Source: a virus
Taxonomy: Duplodnaviria; Caudoviricetes
IMG/VR virus record: IMGVR_UViG_3300037478_000328
Coordinates: 1 to 28,913 of that record
Strand: one strand, 5' to 3'
DNA: 28,913 nucleotides
Shown: one piece after another, positions 24,167-28,913 of the stretch
Layout of the letters: every line of letters begins with the position of its first letter
Numbering within the stretch: position 1 is the stretch's first letter
The notes under the pieces: generated by a model
Databases searched by the model: none
The model's input: the letters and a program-made list of their open reading frames with translations, nothing else
Told to the model about the DNA's origin: nothing
Made by a program: the position numbers and the translations under genes

Positions 24167-24655
24167 ATGGCTGAAGATTATGTTTGGATTCGGTCGGATC
24201 CCGCCGTCCACTTTACTAGTCTGGTAGCGGGGACGGCGGAGAACGAAAGCCTTGAGATCACCGGGGACCCGCACAGGTTTGGTGGTCATCCGGATACCTC
24301 TTGGCGCAGGTTTATGATCGAGTCTTTTGTCATTAAGATTCTGGATGATACCGGTGGCACCATGGACCAGGATATGACGGTGTACTTCTATAGTGACACC
24401 AACTTCCTGTCCGCGACTCTGGAAGATGACTCTCTGGTGGGCTACCTGGAGATTACCGGTAGCGACATTCAGGATGTTGGTTCGGGAGTATTTTACTGGG
24501 CCGATACCGATATTGAGCAGCTCTACTACGATGTATCAGGAGGACCCACCTCCCCCCGTCTTCATGTTCGGATTGATCCTGCCAGTGGGGGTGACCTAGC
24601 GGCGGATGACGAGCTGTTGATCGAGGTTGGTCTAAGGATCTTGCATCCATCATAG
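24167..24655 (+). CDS. putative virion structural protein
   Basis: GGAGG SD, acidic beta-rich 162 aa. Confidence 0.65.
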   Translation: MAEDYVWIRSDPAVHFTSLVAGTAENESLEITGDPHRFGGHPDTSWRRFMIESFVIKILDDTGGTMDQDMTVYFYSDTNFLSATLEDDSLVGYLEITGSDIQDVGSGVFYWADTDIEQLYYDVSGGPTSPRLHVRIDPASGGDLAADDELLIEVGLRILHPS

Positions 24656-24667
24656 CGGAGATGAGCC

Positions 24668-25582
24668 ATGAAAAGAAGTCGCAGGCAGCCCGAGGTAAAG
24701 AAGGTTATTCAAAAGGTACAAGTACCTGTTAACCTGAGCAAGATTGAAGCCAGCCAGCTTAAGGCCGAGATCGCTAAGGCTGCCGAGGAGCTTGATGAGC
24801 TGAAGCTGGCTAAGGAGTTGGCTGTAAGCGAAACCAAGGAGCTTTGCGACTCGCTAATCTCTGAAGCCAAGAAGAATGCTGCTCGGATAGCCGAAAGTGC
24901 TGCTGGTCTCCAGAAGAAGGCTGATAAAGCTCTAGAGGAGGCTAGGAAGGCCGAGGCAGAAGCTCAGGCCAAGAGCGCCCGAGCTGGCGAGTATTCCATG
25001 AAATCTCGTCAGGAGCTTGGAGCTATTCGGGAGCGGATGCAGGAGTATACCAGGGTGGCAGAACTACAGAAGCAGACTCACGAGAGCCTGGAAATTCGTG
25101 AGGCCCGGGTGGCTGCTAAGCTAAAAGAAATTACCTTAGCCGAAGATAAGCTACGCAGTCAGGCATCCGAGCTTAGAACGCTGTCTGAGCTAACCTCCGA
25201 AAGACGTGATAAGCTAGATGAGCGCGCCCAGAAGCTAAACTCTAGAGAGGTTAAGTTGACCTCCCTAGAGCAGAGCCTGAATGCCGAGCGTAGTCGTTTG
25301 GAGACCATAGAAAGCCAGCAGAAGGTTAGTGCGGTGGTGGCAGCTACTGACTTGGCTAAGGTGCTCAAGCTGATTGAGGAGAAGAAGGCGGCACTAGCCG
25401 AGCTGCAAGTTCAGGCTACAAAGGCTCAGCGAACTCTAGAAGCTGCTAGCAAAGAGAACAAGAAGTTGGAGGATCGAGAGCGCGATGTTGCCCAGGCCGA
25501 GCAGCGGATAGCTCGTGAGCGCCGAGAGATCGGTTATCGCTTGGCCGAGCTTGAGGGTAGGGAGAAGGCCGCCAATGGCTAA
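24668..25582 (+). CDS. long coiled-coil protein
   Basis: E/K/A/L-rich heptads over about 280 aa. Confidence 0.7.
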   Translation: MKRSRRQPEVKKVIQKVQVPVNLSKIEASQLKAEIAKAAEELDELKLAKELAVSETKELCDSLISEAKKNAARIAESAAGLQKKADKALEEARKAEAEAQAKSARAGEYSMKSRQELGAIRERMQEYTRVAELQKQTHESLEIREARVAAKLKEITLAEDKLRSQASELRTLSELTSERRDKLDERAQKLNSREVKLTSLEQSLNAERSRLETIESQQKVSAVVAATDLAKVLKLIEEKKAALAELQVQATKAQRTLEAASKENKKLEDRERDVAQAEQRIARERREIGYRLAELEGREKAANG

Positions 25583-26033
25583 CCGCAGCAAGATTCAGCC
25601 GGTAACAATTGTCGGGGATAGTGGCAACGAGGCTGCGGTAGATTCCATGGGGGATCTCCAGGTTGATGTGAACAACGTAGTGGACGTAAATATCATTTCT
25701 GGTGGGGGTGTTTCCACCATTGATGATGATGACGTACACGTAGCAACTATCACAGGAACCGGCGACACTACGCTAGTAAACGCTGGAGCCAGCGAGACAA
25801 TTAGAATTCATCTTATCGAGATCACAAACAATGACATCCCCTGCCTTGTTGAGTTTCGCTTTGGCTCAGGAACTTACAAGCACCAGACCCGACTGGGTAG
25901 CAAAGGGATTACCATCCCCCTGTATTTCAGCCCAGCCTTAGAGGCTACAGCGGCCAACACCGATTTCTTTGGTCGCTCTGATACGGCCAGCGTTGATGTG
26001 GATGTGACTGTTCATGCTGAGCTGGTGACTTAA
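25575..26033 (+). CDS. putative virion structural protein
   Basis: Start placed at ATG 25575 (MANRSKIQ); AVDSMGDLQVDV motif. Confidence 0.6.
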   Translation: MANRSKIQPVTIVGDSGNEAAVDSMGDLQVDVNNVVDVNIISGGGVSTIDDDDVHVATITGTGDTTLVNAGASETIRIHLIEITNNDIPCLVEFRFGSGTYKHQTRLGSKGITIPLYFSPALEATAANTDFFGRSDTASVDVDVTVHAELVT

Positions 26034-26035
26034 AG

Positions 26036-26554
26036 ATGGCTACCTATGAAGTGCTCGCCGTTTGGGAGCGGGGCGGCTATTTTCATGTGTTGATCCGACT
26101 AAGGGCTGAGGGGCACTCCACCGATATTCGGCTACGCTTCGACTCTCGGCCCAGTGAGCTAGATATTGCGCTTGTGGCTATGGCATACGTTGATGAGTAT
26201 GAGGACCACCTCTTGCGATCATTAAATCCGCTTAACCAATTGGAGACCCGGATCCTTCTCCCCCTTCGAGAGCACACAATTGATGTATTCGTGTTTGTGG
26301 TTCGGGGGATCATCAACACCCCAGGTGTTTCCTTGGCCCAGGCTCTGGCGGCTTTGGTAGCTGAGTTCCCCAGCACCCCCTTTGGTGACTTTCGGGCCTT
26401 TGTTACCTCGGTGCAGACGGCCTTCGGTGGTCTGACCTGGGACGAATTCAAGACATATGTCCTAGAGCACGCTGAGTACTTTGATGCTGGTTTCCTGGGC
26501 CAGCGGCCCGCGCGTAAGAAACCGGAGGTACGGTCGTGGCCGATTACTTCGTGA
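26036..26554 (+). CDS. hypothetical protein
   Basis: 172-aa ORF tightly packed in operon. Confidence 0.6.
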   Translation: MATYEVLAVWERGGYFHVLIRLRAEGHSTDIRLRFDSRPSELDIALVAMAYVDEYEDHLLRSLNPLNQLETRILLPLREHTIDVFVFVVRGIINTPGVSLAQALAALVAEFPSTPFGDFRAFVTSVQTAFGGLTWDEFKTYVLEHAEYFDAGFLGQRPARKKPEVRSWPITS

Positions 26555-27885
26555 ACTCTGCGGCTGCCGGGACAGGTACCGGGCTCAGCACCACGAACGC
26601 CTGGCGTGGTATTGAGAAGCCCCTGGCTGATACCCTAGTGTGGGGATCTTGGGGTGCGGGCACCGGAGGAGTCTCGGGGGATGGTGATATCGTCTGGATC
26701 AAGGACGACCATCACGAGGTATGGAATAGCAGCGGGGTTAGCCGGGTGCGATACGTGGGCTCCCAGAACGCCTCACAGCCGGTGATCTATCGGGCCGACT
26801 TGGCCGGGGTCCACTTCCCCGTGGCTGGTGGGTCTAGGCCGATCATCGAGATGGGTGACTCCGCCAACGCCTACTTCGACTCAGAAGGGAATGAACAGAA
26901 CGTCCGGTTCGAGGACATCGACTTCTACTATACCGATGATACTGCGGCGTCATCGAACAACTTCTGGTTGATGGACGCTGCATCGGTTACCTTCGTGCGA
27001 TGCAACTTCGGCACGGCAACCGATCCACTACCTGGACGGTTCGCCACCATTCAGAGTGGCACCTTTACGTTTGAAGATTGTGTGTTCGACGGGCGGGGGA
27101 CCACCTCGGCGCGAGTGAATGCCTGGTTCCACTACAACTCGGGTAAGCTCATTCTCCGGCGCTGCATCATCCTGGGCTCCAAGTTCGTTATGACTGCGGC
27201 TACCAATCGTTGGGGTGTAGTCGAGTTTGAGGACTTGACTGTTGACGACGAGTCCAGCAGCGGTGGGTACATGTTTGCCTTTTCCCCTGGGTTCTCTGGG
27301 TTCGAGGTGAAGGGCCGAGGTCTCACTATCGGAGACAACTGGACTTTCCCGCTACAGCAGAACCTCGACGCAGCCTTCCCTGGCTCCTACGTAGAGATCC
27401 AGGATTACGACGGCTCTCGGGCCTACATTCGTGAGGAAGTTCATGGCACCATCGAGGGCACCGAGGACTCTAGCGATCTCCGGGTTGGGGGCAGCGACTA
27501 CAACTTCATCTTGACCCCCAGGAGCAACCTCAACGACATCGTGAACGGGGAGAAGGGCCTCCATGCCCCACCGATGCCCTACCCGGCCCCGGCCGATGTA
27601 GAGCGGAACTACTCGGTGTGGGTGAAGACGAGCGGCTGGAGCAGCTTCCCCACGGCCGACGAGCTGTTCCTACGCTTGGAGTACTATGACACCGTGGGGG
27701 CGATCTCTAGAACTGCTGTCCAGAGCACCGAGGTGGTGTCAGCTAATGGAACCTGGACAGAGCTGTCCGTCTCCGGCATCGAGCCCGCAGAGGATGGCGA
27801 GGTCATCCTGACTGTCCACCTGCTCACCAATGACGGTGGGGCGGGCGAGGACGTTATCGTGGACATGCTACCCGAGGTTGAATAA
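26536..27885 (+). CDS. putative tailspike/receptor-binding protein with pectin-lyase-like beta-helix
   Basis: YFVNSAAAGTGTGLSTTNAW N-terminus, GDIVWIK, repeated TF.RC.F / TFEDCVF / LRRCII rungs, C-terminal YSVWVK...W.ELSV domain. Confidence 0.6.
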   Translation: MADYFVNSAAAGTGTGLSTTNAWRGIEKPLADTLVWGSWGAGTGGVSGDGDIVWIKDDHHEVWNSSGVSRVRYVGSQNASQPVIYRADLAGVHFPVAGGSRPIIEMGDSANAYFDSEGNEQNVRFEDIDFYYTDDTAASSNNFWLMDAASVTFVRCNFGTATDPLPGRFATIQSGTFTFEDCVFDGRGTTSARVNAWFHYNSGKLILRRCIILGSKFVMTAATNRWGVVEFEDLTVDDESSSGGYMFAFSPGFSGFEVKGRGLTIGDNWTFPLQQNLDAAFPGSYVEIQDYDGSRAYIREEVHGTIEGTEDSSDLRVGGSDYNFILTPRSNLNDIVNGEKGLHAPPMPYPAPADVERNYSVWVKTSGWSSFPTADELFLRLEYYDTVGAISRTAVQSTEVVSANGTWTELSVSGIEPAEDGEVILTVHLLTNDGGAGEDVIVDMLPEVE

Positions 27886-28037
27886 TGGCCCGCCGACACT
27901 ACCACTTTCCAGTGCTCATCCCCTGGTTCGGTCCCAGGGCCATCGTAGCCATCAGATCCATGCGGGCCTGGTACGGCCCCATGCCCCAGCCTAGCTGGCA
28001 TCGGTCAGACTTACTTACCAGAGGCAGGGTGCTTTAG
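27885..28037 (+). CDS. 50-aa hypothetical protein
   Basis: TAATG coupling upstream and TAGATG junction downstream. Confidence 0.45.
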   Translation: MARRHYHFPVLIPWFGPRAIVAIRSMRAWYGPMPQPSWHRSDLLTRGRVL

Positions 28038-28913
28038 ATGTACACTTTTTTGGGGCTCTTAAACGAATGTGAATCTCGGGTTGGGGAGGCAATCACCGCC
28101 TCTGATGCTGCTCAGGCAACCGGGATATCTGGGCAGCTTGTAAAGTTTCTTAACCGAGCCTACCACCAGATTGAGATCATGCAGAAGTGGTGGTGGCTTG
28201 AGGACATCGCCCGAATTCGCGTCTCCCCCATAATCGAGACTGGCACCGCCGCCACTACTGCGGGCTCTAAGGTGGTCACAGGAACGGACACCACGTTCGT
28301 CACCGATGGGGTTGACGCCGGGGACCTGTTCAAGTTCGACAACAAGAACCTCTACTATGAGGTAGCCGAGGTGGACAGCGAGACCTCATTAAAGCTAACC
28401 ACCCCAGCCATTGACACTGTGGCAACGTCGGCCTATGACATCATCAGAAACAAATACTCTCTCCCCCAGAACTTGATTCGAATCAAAACGGTAACCGACG
28501 TAAAGCACGATCGCAGGCTAGAGCTACGGCCCTGGCACGACTTCCAGATGCTGCGCTCTGGCAGGCGTTCAATCGCCAGCGTGGGGGATCCTGTATTCGC
28601 CTCCGCCTTTGGCAAGGCATCTGATAAGTCTCGGCATCTGTACATCTACCCCACCCCCAGGCTTGCTACGGATCTTGAGATTCACTACCTGGCCGGGGTA
28701 AAAGAGCTGGAGCTTGACACGGACGAGCCCCTAATTCCAGAGAGGTATCAGGAGATTTTGATTGACGGGGCTATCACGATGTACTATGAACACATTGCAG
28801 ATGATGTTCGGTTCAACGTAACTGCCCAGGACTTTGAGCGGTGGATGCGGGACATGCTTAAGGAGCAGGACCAGTACGATGTTGGAGACTTTCAGTTCGC
28901 CTTCGAGCCTGAG
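28038..28913 (+). CDS. head-tail adaptor / tail tubular protein (partial, runs off window)
   Basis: My translation MYTFLGLLNEC...KFLNRAY...KWWWL...YSLPQNL...LYIYPTP...DTDEPLIPERYQEILIDGA. Confidence 0.65.
   Translation, partial: MYTFLGLLNECESRVGEAITASDAAQATGISGQLVKFLNRAYHQIEIMQKWWWLEDIARIRVSPIIETGTAATTAGSKVVTGTDTTFVTDGVDAGDLFKFDNKNLYYEVAEVDSETSLKLTTPAIDTVATSAYDIIRNKYSLPQNLIRIKTVTDVKHDRRLELRPWHDFQMLRSGRRSIASVGDPVFASAFGKASDKSRHLYIYPTPRLATDLEIHYLAGVKELELDTDEPLIPERYQEILIDGAITMYYEHIADDVRFNVTAQDFERWMRDMLKEQDQYDVGDFQFAFEPE

Noticed and set aside
1-28913. Stop-codon reassignment
   Set aside because: Genes are intact under the standard code, all three stops are used, and the tRNA anticodon TAA reads Leu UUA rather than a stop

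Overview
Fragment of a tailed dsDNA bacteriophage genome with two divergent arms. The left arm (1-13625, minus strand) carries early and replication genes: a partial Cas4-like nuclease, MazG-like pyrophosphatase, gp32-like SSB, sigma-like protein, a family A DNA polymerase split in two by an inserted FmdB zinc-ribbon gene, a MoxR-type AAA+ ATPase with a vWA-like partner, a TOPRIM primase, tRNA-Leu(TAA), many small ORFs including three paralogs, and a SprT-like protein that has lost its HExxH motif. A palindrome-rich control region (about 13160-14316) separates the arms and contains a consensus sigma54 promoter. The right arm (14317-28913, plus strand) is the morphogenesis operon: terminase, P22-like portal, holin-like protein, scaffold, Mu gpT-like major capsid, virion proteins and a partial head-tail adaptor. 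The most unusual signals are (1) the tidy three-cistron split polA and (2) a probable RNA switch on the SprT-like gene, whose RBS sits in a 12-bp hairpin while a perfect 17-nt complement to the blocking strand lies just past its stop codon. All calls come from motif recognition by eye; no database searches or folding programs were run.
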